Made by a program: the position numbers and the translations under genes. The notes beneath the pieces are model-generated. The model was not told the origin of the DNA, made no database searches, and was given only the letters and a program-made list of their open reading frames with translations. This document shows positions 13,201 through 28,800 of a stretch of 64,000 nt of DNA, one piece after another. Numbering within the stretch: the stretch's first letter is position 1; each line of letters opens with the position of its first letter. This stretch comes from a virus (Duplodnaviria; Caudoviricetes): IMG/VR virus record IMGVR_UViG_3300012344_000017, positions 32,001 through 96,000 of that record; one strand, given 5' to 3'.

Positions 13201-16200
13201 CTTATAGCAGCAGCTATTAACAAACTTGTAAACAATAGAATGATGTATGGAGATGCTGCGAATAAGGCTTTACAGATGTGGTAGACTTAGTTTGCTTCTA
13301 ATATAGGCAATCCTAGCTTTACTTATTTCAATAAGATTAAATCGTTCCTCGCTACATTTGATGGTGAGTTTATGAACAGTCTTGTTGGCAATAAGAGTTT
13401 ACAAAGATTCTGGAGTACAGTAGTAAATAATTAGCTTAAGTTCTTAGCTGACAACGCAAAGAATGTATAGAAGACTAATACAGCTCTCGATGCAGCACTT
13501 ACTGATACCATTTATGACGCAGAAGACTTTATTAGGGAATACAATCAAAGATTCCCTGTGGATCCAAACGTTGACGATGTACTTGATATAAATAATGCAC
13601 AGAGCATCAACATGATCGACGATCAATGGAGAGAATTGTACAGCGATACAACTAAACACTTCCCCGCATTTAGAGCAAAACTTGACCCACATTATTTCTC
13701 TATAGCTCTTGATCCATATTTAATTTACCCAGATGCTTCTGGCAAGTCTGGTAACGCTGAGCTTGTATGGAGAAATAATGAAGTGTAGCTTAAACTTACA
13801 GACTCTAAGGGAAAGACAATCTTTATGACATTCGATCAGGGTAACGATACTGGTCCTAGAGGCGTAGACCCAGTATATTTTGCTAGAAAGAAAGCCGCAG
13901 ATGCCGTATTCGTATAGAAAGTTAAGTATATGCTTGACTTTATGAAGACGCATCCTGGATACCATATAAGCATGAAATTAAGTCGTTCTAAGGGCTCAAT
14001 TAAGAATGGTAGTGAATTGCGGCCTGTAAGTAAATTCTTATTTGCAGGAACGCTTAATCAACACGATTTGTATAACATTACATGTGATGCTGGCAATAGA
14101 ATAGGTTTTCTTAAGACCACTCAAAACGTGAATACCGGCGATGTAACGAAGATGGTGTACGGCGGCCCAGAGTTATCAACTCTAATCAACGGTTTCGATC
14201 TCGAATATGTAAAGCGTACAGCCATAACACAATCTGGTAATATTGTATACTTCTACGATACTGGTCAGGTAGAAAAAACTGTAGATAATAGATGTATTGG
14301 TACACCGTTAATACAACCTAAGTTTACAGCTGGTCAAGGTGGCTAGGCTAATAAACTTGCCGACCTTATCTGGTATAAGTGTTATCAAGGTTTGAATGAG
14401 TATCAAGGTTATTCTATAGACGACTTGCTTAAGCAGGTTCTTTATATTAAGGCTGACAATAAAGTCTTGAATGAGAAATACAACTCTATAGAAGGTCTTG
14501 TTACGTTAGATCCAGCCAATAAGAGAGTTATCATAGGTAATGTTATTTACCCTACGTAGAACCCTAATGTAGATTATGCTAACATCTACAACGCTCTATG
14601 TAATATGTATATGACGAAAGATGCTGCGTTTGTTCAACAGAACATGCAACAATATATACAATCATCACATAATAGCGTATTAACTAAGCTTAATGCACAA
14701 TATGCATCAAATCCAAATCTCGATAAAGTAGAATTACCTAACGGTCTTACATTTACTCGAGAAGACTTTACTCATGATGGCAAAGGTACCACTGGTCTTG
14801 GGTATATGCTACGTAATGGTTATTTAATGTCATATGCTGCTAAACTTGATCCACCTACAGTATATGTAGATAATGTAGAGCTCGTACAAGATCATCCAGA
14901 TGATAGTGCTCAATAGGTATCCAAAACAGTTGCTAAACAAGATATTCAAGAGCAGTAGAAGGAGATCGAAAGTTCCTTTATAGACTTGTTTTACGAACAA
15001 GATTTGTCAGAGTTTGAAGGATAGAAAGAAAAACCTTCGTTTGCTAATGCTGTTGATGAGTGGGTTAAAAAAACTACTGGTATTACTCCACAGTGGGTAG
15101 AAAGTGAAAGATTATCTGATGTAGCTTACAAAAAGAATAGCGCCGTACTTGCTAAATGTACAGACGCTGTTATCCAGATGTCTAATTCCGTTCCTTACAC
15201 CATTGGTTTCCACGAAGGATTCCATAGAGCTTTAGAATTACTTGTAGAACCATCTGTTAGAGAACAAATGTACTCAGCATACAGAAAGTCTCACCCAGAT
15301 GCTGCTACAGAAAGAGATGTAGCTGAGGGTTTGGCTGATTTATTCGTTGATTATATGCTCGGCACAAAGGATGCTAATACAATAAATAAACAAGGTTGGA
15401 TTAAGCGAAGTGTAAAGAAGGTAGCTAATAGATTAAGTATTCTGTGGCATTACAGAAATAATGCTAAAACAATCCTCACTTTATTCAATGACATTAAGTC
15501 TGGTAAATACGCAGACAAGCAAGTAAGCAAAGAACAGCGTGATAGGTTTAAGAAACTATTTGGAGAAGATCTGCACTATGAAATAAATGGTCGTAAGTTT
15601 GATCATATAGGTTCCGCAGCTGAGAAAGAGCATATGGCTAGAGCTCTTGGTTATATCATAGTAAAGTCAGCTAAAGATGCTACAGATATATATGATGCTG
15701 TACACAACTCTTCGGAACTTCCTATTAAATATATACCAATGAGAGTTATAAATAATCTTATTGGTGAACCAGGCTCCGTTAAGCCTGTTTTGAACGGACA
15801 ATATATGTCGATGAGTGCGGTTACTCCTACGCAGCAGGCGTTTAGGGAGATATTCTATGCCGAGCTTAACGATAAAGGCGAGGTTGTATTTCCTAACTTC
15901 TCTGCAATATCGAAAGAAGTATAGAAGTATCTTACTGAAATAATGGACGCTTATGATGGAAAATACAAGCATGACGATGATTCCGAAACTAGTGATCAGC
16001 AAGAGAATGATTATGGTAAATCTATTGAAAGATACGATAAGTCTTCATTTGAGTTTAGTAAGCTTGATTCTGTAAGTAAACCAGTAAAGATGTTCTTTGC
16101 TACAATACCTTACTACAAATTTGACGATAACGGTAAACTAACACTTGATACATCTAAGAATATGTACGGGGTGCCTACATTTATGCCCATTAAGTAGGTG

Positions 16201-19200
16201 TTTAATGTGGTGGTTAGTAAATTACATGACGTTAAAACGCCATTGGATTTATTAAATAGATTACAAGAGTTGTCTACGTAGAACCCTATGTATATGGCTA
16301 TATATCAAAAATACAGTGATCTATACAATTCTGTTTACACATTCAATGATGACGATTAGCTTGAAAAAATAGACTTTGACAAAGAGGCGCTTATGGTACA
16401 AATCTTTACATCCATTAAAGGTCATGAGCATAACTTTATTATCGGTAGATCTATTCGTAATAAGAATGGTGGCGTTGAGGTTAAAATATCTGATGCAAAC
16501 TTTGATAGAGACGCTAGAATGTACCCTAAACTTTGGAATTCATTCTTATCGTCTGGTCAATCAGGTTTGTTACAGAGATCAGTTGGACAGAATGGGCAAT
16601 TACTTCTTTCTACAAAGTACAATACAAAAAACACTTAGGTAGATATGCCTACAACTGTAGCTAGAAACGCCTTTAGATTCATATCTCAGTTCTTCTCAGA
16701 TTTGCAATCGTAGATATTGAATGATTCCGCTAGTGAGTTTAAAATAAACGGTAGAGTTAGAAATGCGGCATCTAATAGCGATATCGAAGTACTTAAGGAT
16801 GATATATGTAAAGAGTTCAATATGCTTGGTATTAACTTTACTAAAGAAATGCTCGATCATATGTTGTCTACAAAGTACAATGGTGTTGGTAGAGATGCCT
16901 TAAAGAAGTGGATTACATCTACCGGTGTGTCTAATATTAACAGCTTTATTGATGCCGTAGGAAAGGTTGTTCAAACTAATGGTTATACAACACAGAAAGC
17001 TGTAGACGAAATATTTAAGACTGGTTTTGTTAGTGAGCTTGGTAATTGGGCTGGAGCTTATATGAAGATTACTACAGACAAAATGTCTAATGGTATGGAT
17101 GGCACTAAGTTGTATAATGAGTCTCAAAACAACAGCATTAGTAACACTACTGAGAATCTTAATAGTCACGATAAGAATAATATGGTAGTAAAGACTATAT
17201 TGTAGTCTAGCTATAACATAATGAACAATAACGGTGTTAATATGGGTTCTATTGTTGCTAAGCAATTGTAGAATGGTGAAGATTTTAATATTAGCATTTA
17301 CACTCCTATTGGTTTTAAATCTGATAATCGTGGCGATAATGGTTCTAAATATAGTAACCTTGCAGAAGCTGAAGACTATATTAATAAGTTTGCGATGCTT
17401 CAGAATGGATATTGTATATTCCCAACGCTTGCAGATAAAGGTACATATATGGTTCTAGGTGGTATAAATATACCAGGAATGGAATTTGGTTAGGCTGAGA
17501 ATGGTGTTTATACAGTATCAGGCGCCCCAAAGATGGTATTCTTGGATAGTATACACTACTATTTGCAGCCTAGTCAGTCTGTATTAAATCAATTTATCGA
17601 CTACGCTTATACAGAACGTGAAGCTATTCTTGATTGTAGAGAACAACTTGGTTTACATGTATATAATCCTAAGGGTTTACCAGTACTGAACGACGAGGAT
17701 AAGATAATGAATTACCACATCGGTAAGAAAGGTAAGCAGCCTGGTGGTATTCAGTTTAAATCACTTACAACACTTAGAGTATACGAGGATGGTTAGATTA
17801 AGCGTTACGAGATAAGTAAGATGTCTCCAGACGAATAGCTTAAGACTCTTAATGAGCAGTTCTTTGATAAATCTAGAGAAGAACAAGAATAGATAATGTC
17901 CTTAACTCTTCAAGAGCAATATGAAAACGAAGTAGATAAAGCCGTTAGCCTTGGTATTGTTTCAAAGGACGAAAAGTTTGGTTATCTTGGGCTTAACAAT
18001 ATAAACCTCAATTAGAGCCAAATAGACGCCGTAGAACGTACTTTGTACACTTAGATGCATAAAGACCTTACGGATAAAGGAATAACGCCTAATACGCAAA
18101 ATTTGCAGCGTACGGCACATAGTATGGCTATAGCTGCTATTCTGCAGGATGCTACGAATAGAGCTATTATTTCTTCTGAGGAAAGCTTACGATTATATAT
18201 TGGTAATCCTGGTTTCTTTAAGAATGTAGAAGATATTCAAAAGCGTATTGGTGGTCTTGTGTCTACCGGTGATGATAACGTTACATCTTTACCAAACTAC
18301 GATGGTTCTGATGGAGAACTTTATAGGTGTGCTGAAATATCAGACTATGAGGTAGCTTCAAATGCTGATATTATGAGCGAACTTCAAGAAAGAATGCGCG
18401 ATGGTGAGTTAAGGGAAATCTACGGAAACCGTTACGGTTTTAATGGTGTTGATGATTTAGATATTGGTGCAGTAAGAGCTAGGCTCGTAGATGATTTTGG
18501 TGAAGATGCTGTTAAAAAGATTGAATCTAGAGCCAATAACTTCTATGAAGCTTATACTGGCGGTATCAATGTAGCAGATGGTGCATCTTATATTACAGCT
18601 GATATGTGTAAGAGAATGCTTAGAGCTAGAGGTGCATTAACAAATGATGTAGCTAAAGCTATCAATATTCTCGAAAGCTCAGACAAGTATTCTTGGATGG
18701 ATCAAAAAGATGCATACAAGCTCATCTATGATAAAGTAAATCTTGTTACAACTAAATATACTGCTTACGGATTTAGAGATCATACAACGAACGGAAAGAA
18801 GGTTTCTAACCTATCTGTGCCATACTATAACAAGTTTGCATTGTTCCCTATATTCGATTGTATAGCTACTGGTAAACTTAAGAATGTGTACGATAAGATG
18901 AAGGAGAATAAGATTGATAACCTCCTTATGACATCTGCGGTAAAAGTTGGTCTTCAAGGTCATTCTGAGTTCGATGGTGAAACCATTAGTAAACCTTTAA
19001 ATGTTTATACACAGAGACTTTCTGCGCTTCGTAGACAGCTTAATACAGACCCTGAGGAAGGTGATGTTGTAGCAGCTGGTACACAGATGATTAAAGTTTG
19101 TTTATCTAGTTTACGTCTTGATAGAATGTATGGCGATATGACTGGAGAATAGCTTAGAGATAAGCTTATGGGTTCTATTAATAAACTTTCTAAACTTGGT

Positions 19201-22200
19201 GTAGATAAGTTTAAAGATAGATTCTATTCTAATGGTATTATAGATCAGAAGAAGCTTAGCGAATATCTTATCGAACAGCTTGGTACTAGAAATGCTAATA
19301 AGAATCTTATAGATGCTCTTACTTATAATCCAGAGACAGGATCAATGAATGCACCTATTGCATCTACAGCTGACGCTAGTTGGATGGAGTCTATGCTTAT
19401 ATCTGCAGCAAATAAGGATATTATTGATATTATGACTCCTGGTAGTTCATTTATTCAGAGATCTGTATTTGCTATTGAAGGAAAGAACGGAGAAGGTTCT
19501 ATACAAGGCCAAGAGATTTATAATGGTAAAAGATTATAGATGATCAACGAAGAAGGTTCTATGGACGCCGTAATATCCATTGATTACTTCCAGGATATTC
19601 TTCCAAAGAACTTATCTTACAACGAGGCTAGACAATGGCTCTTAGATCATAATATAATCGGTGAAAATGCTACATCTAATACGATTGGTTATCGTATCCC
19701 TACACAGGCTCAGTCATCTATACATGCTTTACGTTTTGTAGATGTTGTGCCTGCTGTTAAATCTACAGTAATACTCCCAACAGAGTTTACTAAGATAACT
19801 GGTTCGGATTTTGATATAGACCACCTTTATTTGGCACGTTATAACGTCAATAATGAAGGTAAATATGAATTTGATCCCGAAAGCGCAGAAGGTTTACAGA
19901 ATAGCATTATTGAAAGTATTCTTACTGTACTTAAGGATAAAAAGTCTCTCAACATCTTATATAAGTCTATTGATAATGATACAGAGCTTGTAACAAGTAT
20001 TGCAGACGAGATTCCAGAACAAGGTAACACAAAGAGTGTAGCGTATAACTTTGGCACATTACATGAGTAGGTTACTCGTAAGAATGACTACATTACAGGT
20101 AAAACCGGTATTGGCCCATTTGCGCTGAATGTAACAAACCATATTCTTACAACATTGTATGGTGTTAAGTTTAAAGAATCTAGCTTTACAAAGGTAACAG
20201 GTATAACTGGTTTTGATTAGATTCTTGACGAAGATAACAATCAGATTTCATCTTGGTTATCAGCATTTATTAACGCACACGTAGATATTGTGAAAGACCC
20301 ATATATCTCCAAGCTTAATGTAAACGGCTTTACGTACAATATGATTAACTTACTTGCTAGAAACGGTAAGGGCAAACAAGGACTTTATTTCTTGTGTCAA
20401 CCTATTATTAGAGAGATGGCTAAAGCTGATATTGACGCCAAGTCTTAGTTCACTAGAGACCCCAAGGTGTTTAAATCTGCTTTCGAGATGAGAGATAAGA
20501 GGCTAGCTGAGATATTCCCTAGTGTAACTGGTAAAACAATAGACGACGATTATATAAAAGGCGCTACAGAGCCAAATAAATCTAAAGGTGAGCCTGCTAG
20601 ACGAGCAGAAATAGTAAACTCTGTACTTAATAATATGGATATGCTTTAGAAGATAGCCAAGAATCCAGATTTGGTCTACGCTTAGACAGAAGAAGGAGAA
20701 AGAGCTAGGGTTTTCCAGGTTAACTGCTATATAGCCTGGAAATGTCTTGAGAAGTATTCTAATGCATTAAATAGTTTGGTGTAGTATACTAAGATTGATA
20801 CTCGTAAACAAGGTAAGAATTTCCTTGAAATGCAAGCTTACCTTAGGGGGTACGAGAATCTTACAAACCCAGAAACTGATTAGCTGTTTGATATGGATTC
20901 TATTAACAACCTTATATACGGTACATGGATTGAGTAGAAGACAAGAGATGCTATTCAAGAGCCTATGAGAGTTATGTCTGGGCAATCATTCCAGGGAACT
21001 CCGTAGTTTATAGAACAACTTGTCAACCTGTCTGATGATTTTAAGTATAAAACAAATGATAGAGAGTCTGATTTGCTTAGAAACGCTAAGACCATGAAGA
21101 AGATATCGCAGGCTGCCAGTAGTTAGATTAAGGCTAGATACGCTCTTAGATTAGCCAAATCGTTAGGTATTGATGTTAAGGGTTTATTTGACGGTAACGC
21201 TACGATATTTGATAGGCTTAATTCTATACAGGCTTGCATTCAGCGCGATGCATATGGTCTTGGTAGATTAAAGGATAACTACTTATTATCTCATCTAGCT
21301 CCATACATTTAGGATTAGGATGTATTTGTAGCAGGTAAGATTACAAATAAGCCTAAGTTTATTAGCGTCATAAATAGCATGGATGAGAGTAAGATGTCTT
21401 CTGATATGTTTATAGAGTCTTGGGAAGAACTTCTTAACGACCCGCAAGCTAATGTAAGAAGATTTGCAAACGATCTCATATTATATGCAATACTTACATC
21501 TGGTGATACAAAGGGCTTTAATAAGATTGCAAAGTATATTCCTATGAGCTGGCTCGAGGCTAGGCATGATGAGAGTATAGTACCTTTCTCTGATTACATT
21601 AGAGAGCAACTTGAGGCTCCAGAAATTGATCATGATCTTATAGCTCAAAATAACTATATGGATAGCGATTTAATTAGTAGGGCTACATTTAAAGATTACT
21701 ATTACGCTTTTAATGCTCAGTATTCTCCTGCCGTAATAATTAGTAAGGATTCTCATGAACATGATGCTTTGTATGTATCAGTTCGAAACGATGGAACAAC
21801 ATACAGTGATCCAACATCTTATACTTTGTATAAAAAAGTTGGAGAAGCTATGGTTAATGGATCCAAACGTGCAGTATATGCGTTATTACCTAAGAGAGGT
21901 TGGTCTGACAGAGACGGTCTTAATATATATGAGGCTGGAGATATAAATCTCAACGTAAACGGTATTCCGATGAGTCAAGAGATTATTGGGAACCAGCTTA
22001 ATAAACTTATGATTTATCTTAGCCAAATGAAGCCAAACATTACTGATTAGTAGCGCAACAATTGGATGACATGGTTCAACCAAATGTACTATAACGCTAA
22101 TTCAGAATATCCTACAATATCTAAAGCTGTAGAACAATAGAATACATAGAGTACTGTTGGTGAAGTAAAACTTGATGGTAAAGGTCCTTCTGGACAGACT

Positions 22201-22863
22201 ATCTATATAAGCAAACAGCTATTCTATAAAGATCAGCCTCAGCAACACACTAATGTACAATATGTGTTTACAGATAACGCTCAGGCTTATGCTAAAGCAC
22301 AGGGATTATCTATGCAAGGATTCGCTAATTAGAACCCAGTATTAAATGTAAGCTCTGGCGCTACTGGCACAAACCAAGCTTGTATTAGAACTGGTAGTGA
22401 TGGTAAGGTTACTCCTAATGCATTTGGTCTTGTAGTAAAGGTTAATCAACAAGATGCTTCTGGTAAATGGCTTGCTAAAGACGGCTGTTTCTAGGATAAT
22501 CAAGGCGATATAATGGCGTTTAAGTCGTGGGTAAATCATATGCTGTCTAGAATAGATAAGAATAAACCAATAGTATTCCCTGCCTCTATAGCTCTTGGTA
22601 AAGCAGCCCTTCCTAGAGAAGCAGCAGAATGGCTTAGTGTACAATTGCTGTCTAGATTTAACATTAAGTCTACAGTTCAAGAAAACACTAGAGCTGGTTA
22701 TACTGGTTATGGATTATCTATAGAAGGTGTTGTAGACGATGATTACGCTAATACGTTAATTAAAGAAGAACAATAGAAGCAAGCTCTATCACAACTTAGG
22801 TTAACTAAAGAAGATATTGAGGAAGCTGAAAGAATTAGAAATCATTGCAAAGGAGGTAAATAA
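7261..22863 (+). CDS. Giant virion-associated DNA-dependent RNA polymerase polyprotein (~5200 aa, TAG=Gln)
   Basis: 24 track fragments from 7420 to 22513 are in frame 1 and end in TAG. The gaps I read contain no TAA/TGA. Motifs: HEGFH zincin (~15211), PTLADKG, GYRIPTQ, catalytic GSDFDID (DFDID at 19807-19821), GKTGIGPFALN, NAHVDIVKDP. Confidence 0.9.
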
Positions 22864-25800
22864 TGAAAGAAATATGCCCTAATTTACATAATAAACAAGT
22901 AGCCAAAGAGTTTGGTGAGCTAAAAGATTTGTTTGGAGAAGAGACTGCTCATTTACTCTGGAGCAGAAATAATGGTTATAGTATAGATAAGGCGCCAAAT
23001 GGCGCCGACTCTATATTATTTGGGGAACTTTTGCATGTAGCTAATGGTGATAGAACCCAGGCTCTTATATTGAAAGCAAAAACGTATTCAAACGAATTTT
23101 TTGATTGGTTTGGAGACTGGACATCTGACGATAAAACAAATGTATCTAAGGTTGTTGATAACAATGGAGAACCATAGGTAACTTATCATACAGTTGCCGG
23201 AATATATGATCCGTCTTTTAAAAAGTTCAACACGTATATAGAAGGAAGGCGAACTGCTATATATCATACTGATAGCTACGCAATGTCTGCCAGTTATAAT
23301 AGTGTGTCATAGGAAATAGAAAGAGGAAACCGTCTTGGGCATTATTATCAAGACGATCATTATAGATATACAAAAATTAACTATCTTAATATAAAAAATC
23401 CAAAAGTATTAGACGCTGAAGGAAGAGATTGGAGATACGTACAGAAGTACGGAGATACATATCTATCAACAAGAAACGTTGAGGAAAAATATCTTCTAAA
23501 AAAAGACAAGAAAACAATAAACAGAGCTTAGAATTTATTAAAACTAATACAATCGAATGTTTTAACATACGATAAAGTTAACAAAGAAATAAAACACGGT
23601 AAATCTGTATTTGGCCTTTCGTTTATTAGAGACAATGATATAGGGATATTCTACTAGCTCGCTAACAAAACTGGACGTTTTGTTCCATTTAAAAAACACA
23701 AAGAAGAATTCAAATAGCAACTTACTAAATTTTTAAATGAAGTTATTTCTGAATAGCAATAGATTGAAGATTCGTAGTTTGATGGAATTATTATTAACAA
23801 TGTAATAGATTATGGAAGTGGTTCCGAAAACGACTCTCATACAGTGTACGAATGCATATATAACTCTTAGGTGAAGTCTGCATTCAATAATGGATAGTTT
23901 TCTAATCCAGATGATATGTATGCGTCTCCTCAAGGTGACATTAATCTTGGAGCAGCAAAAAGATTGTCAAATATTCAACAAAAAGGTGATATATCTATAT
24001 TATAGTAGTATCTAAAATCTCATAGAGACGGAATGTCTAGTACGGCGCTAAAGCTTGTTATGGCAGCTGTAAACAGATACTTTAACGATAATAATACTGG
24101 TATAACATATGAGATTGTGAGTAACCTTCCTGGAGGAGAGGCTGCTCATTACGATAGATCAAATAAAGTTATTCGTATAAATAAGAATGCTAATTTTAGA
24201 AACGAAAGTAAATCTACTACTCCGGAAGTATAGACAATTATACACGAAATGCTTCATGCTGTCACAGAGCACGCGATTAGCAACGATTCTAGGATAAGAA
24301 AGTCTTTTACAGACATATTAAATAAAACCAAGAAAGCTCTTGGCGAAGAAGCTAAAGATTATGGCTTATCTGATGTATATGAATTTATTGCAGAACTTAG
24401 TAATGCGCAATTTGTAGAAAAGCTCAAATCCATACAATATACTCGCAAATAGACGTTGTTTGACAAAATTAAACAAGCAATAAAGAAGATATATTCTCAA
24501 ATATTCACAAGTTATAAAGATTTTATAGGTTCTAATAATGTGTACGAAGCTGCTGTTAATGATTTGTTTGCCGTAATGTCTCACAACGAGCAAAAGGAAG
24601 ATAATATCGTAGACGAAGATATTAATGATAGACTGGCTTCTATACAGGCGTCTGAAGACAAAGTTAATTAGATACATCATAGAATAACAGAACTTTTTCA
24701 AGGGTTATATAAAGACTATAAGAAACAACTTAATAAGGGCGCTAATAGACAGCGTAGAGAGGATCAAATATGGTCTACTATACAAGAACTTAAGTCCCAA
24801 GAAAAGAAAGAGTCTTCAAGAATAGCTATACAGTCTGCTTTAAAGACTATTGGTGTATTCGCAAGAGATCCAATTAATAATACTATTTTACAAGCTCGCA
24901 GAGATACTATTTTAGGCTTCTTATAGGAATGTCAGAAGAATAATTTTGATAGCCTTACAGCTGAACAAATACACGATATGAAGTCTAATATTATAGATTT
25001 CTATAACGATCTTGTTAAGACGTTATCCGACAATCAAATTGATCTCGATGCTAGAGATTAGGCTGATGTTGATACGCTTAATGCTACAGTAAGATAGATT
25101 AATCAATTATGGAAAGATGCTGCACAGATTGTAGCAGATAAGATAGTTGATGAGAATGTAGATAAATACATTAATGAGTCTGAAGAAGAGAAAAACAAGA
25201 TAAAAGCTGTAGCTAAAGATTGGCTTCATAAGAATGATATGTATGGAGACGAATCCAAGCTTACGTTATTCTTTAATTATTCTAGACAAAATAGCCCTAT
25301 TATACGCCAGGCGTTCTAGATGATACAAGACGCAGACTAGTAGACCAGAAAAGATTCCCTTCCTGTTATGCAATAGATAGCTAAGGCTTTTAATAAAGCT
25401 AATTCTATTATAGATGATCTAACTCCAGGAAACTGGCAGACCATGTTGATGGAAAGATATACAGACGGTCCTAAGAAAGGAGAGTTTACTGGCTTATTTA
25501 GATCCGCTGTTAATAGAGGTTAGTTCAAACAAGACTAGGAAAACTTTAAAGAAAAACTTAATAAAGAATGGCAAGATAAGTATGGTTATTTCTACTACAA
25601 GGATCCTATTACAGGAGAAACTTTAAGAAGTGACACAGAGTCATCTGTAGAAGAAGAACAATGGATCGGAGATAAAGAACCAAGTTATGTAACATATCAA
25701 AGAAGATATGAGGAGTGGCTCTGTGACCACGCTCACAGAAGATATTCTAAGACATACTTTATGGAGCGCCTTAGTAAACCTTATGATCCAAAGACTAGAA

Positions 25801-28800
25801 CTGGTCACGGTTTGTCTCCAAGAACACTCTCTAGACAACAATATATACAAGATCAACTTAATTATCTATTGCAGAAGTGCTCTGATAAATAGACCGGTTT
25901 GTCTTATCCGGAAAAGCTTAATTCTCATGACTATCAAAAGTTATAGATGTGGAAGGATGCTTTACAAGATTTAGGAAATCCATTTGATCAAGAAGGTAAT
26001 CTTAAGGATGGCGACGCATTACAAACAGCCCTTGAAATACAATCTTGGAACAACTGGCTAGCCAAACAAACTGATTATTCTACAGATTTTGAAGAGTTTG
26101 ATAAAGAATATAAGAACATTGTAGACTAGATTAAAGCTGGAGAAAAGACTACGTAGGATCTATACAAGTTTATTGATGCAAATTCTGAGTACGGCATAAA
26201 CCCAGAATATCTCGAATACATTTTTGGTAAGAATAATTCTGCTAAAGAAAGTTTATAGAGAATGTTTTAGAACTCAATGAAGAAACTTATTAAGACAAAG
26301 AATGGCTTCGTTAAGGATTTTAGTAATGTAATTTTCTCTGAGCAGCCTGATGGTACAGTAAAGATTCCAGATATGTGGTTCTACTCAAGATCTGCAGATA
26401 TTAAGAACAACGAAGAGAACAATGCTACTGGTGTAGATCCAGAAGAATTTAGATCCGCCTTTGATATTATAGAAGTTCCTTATACAGATCCATCAGGAAT
26501 GCAATTAGCTAAAGACGGAGTAACAAAATTTGACCCGCGTAATAATCCAAATGGTATAGAACCTATGTCATGGTTTGAGTATATACTTAAACAATACACT
26601 GATGCAGCTCTTGATGGCAGAATGCCTAGATATATATCATTAGACGGTAAAGTTGGTATTGATTTCGCTACACTTGGTAGTAATCGTTAGGCTGTAGAGA
26701 AATGGATAGCAGAGAATATTCTTATGTACACTAAGACATGGGAAGGCAAAGATGGCACAATGAAAGCCAAGCAAGTACCTCTTACAATATTCTCTCAAAT
26801 AGTTCCAAAGAGGGCTACATTTGGTGACAATTAGCCTACATCTAGATACATACCTAAAGGTCGTTTTACAACAAAGAAAGGATCTTCTACATCTTCTATA
26901 TACGACGATAAGTTCTATGATGGTGATAGAAGCGGTTTACAGCCAGACTTTGATAAGTATGGAGATAAAGACTTTGTTAAGTTTATATAGAATGGCGACG
27001 CTAGAGCATAGTATTACAATCTCCTTGTACAAACTATGGAGTAGCAATGGGATAAACTAGGGTTAGATCCATCGTATAACAGATTTAAACTTCCTCAAAT
27101 AGAAGGGACTTCTAATATTAAGACATCTAGAGCATTAGGTAGTCCTGGAAAATTTGTTAAAAACTTACTTTAGAATGCTACTGGTGCTACATCTGACGAT
27201 ACAAGTATGAGAGATGAAGGAGATTTTGTACAGCGCAATGGTAAATGGGTTCTTAAAACCGCGCCAACACGCTTTATAAACGAAATGGAAGATCCTTCAA
27301 TGATTAGTTCGGACTTAGCTTACACTGTAGGCATGTTTGTAAATATGACTAACAACTTTGTAAATAAATCTAAAGTGCAAGCCAAACTTGAAACGCTAGG
27401 TTATAATTTGTCTGACGAGACAAGGGATTCTGAACACCAAGGAACTGGCACAAGGTAGTAGGAGCGTTACGCAAAGATGTTAAAACAGTTATTTTACGAG
27501 TCTAGGGAAACAAATGACGATCCTGGAGAAAAGCCTTCAAAGAAAGCTATTGCAGCAGCAAAACTTGTAAATAAAACTAGGGGTATTTCTGCTTATCTTA
27601 TGCTTGCAGCCAATATACCATCAATGCTTGTAGGCGTATGGGATTCTTTTACACAGATGCCAGCATAGGCTGCTAGAAATGACCAATTTGGTTTTAGAGA
27701 CCTTATGAAAGCATATCTTTATACAGGATTTGATCTTATGAAAGTTTTAGCCAACATTGGCAATCCTATAGCTAACTGTAAAGCTGTAGCCATGATGCAG
27801 AAAGATGGTCTTGTTAGAACAAACGACGAAACGTTTAAAGATGCTTACCGCAATAGAATCACGAAGGCTTTAAAACAATCTGCTACAGGCGGTTATACAA
27901 TGGGCGATTATATGATGAATATGCTTGCTTAGAGAGCCACGTATAATGCAAAGAAGTACTATCCAGGTAATTCTATTGTTAAAGAAGGGTTTTATACAAA
28001 GGCAGAATTCAATAGACTAATGGTTAACAGTGGTCTTACATAGAAAGAGATTAATAGAGACTGGAAAGATAATCACGGAGAATCTATGTGGGATGCATAC
28101 TATTTTGATCATGGTATAGCTAAAATAAAACCATCGTATGCTAATGTTTAGACATAGGATAGTAAGTTGTCTGCTACTATATAGCAAACTATGGCGTTAC
28201 TTAATGGTAATTCACCAAAGAATGATCAATCGGCTGTTAGTAACAATGTCTTGCATAAGTTCTTTTTCTTAATGCGTAACTTCTTTATACGTAGAGCAGA
28301 GCACTGGTTTGCTGGATATACATCAGATAATGTCGTAAGAGAATTAGAATAGGTTAAAGAAAATGTATAGAGAGGCGGTACTACAACTATTAAAGCTAGA
28401 ACTGTTCGCAAGCCTTTAACAAACGAGTAGAAAGCGCAGAGATGTATGTACGACTATAGTACAGGAGAAGCTAATCCTGCTGTACTTGTAAACCTTATGA
28501 GAGGCGCTCACACTTAGCTTAGATGGTTTAATTAGTAGATGTTTAATCGTTAGGCTATACTTGTAGATCCTGTTAAATTTAATAAGAACGAAGTTAAGTC
28601 TCTTAGAGAATTTTTAACATGGGGTCTTTGTCTTGCGTTACTTTCTGTAGGATGGATGGCATTCCATAGATATGTACAGAGTGATACAAAAGATCTTAAA
28701 CCTAAAACTTACGAAGAGTCTTTGCCTACATTAAAAAACTTTGTAGATTAGAAGGTTTACCTTAGACTTATAGATTAGTGCATGTTTAGAACTATCGACT

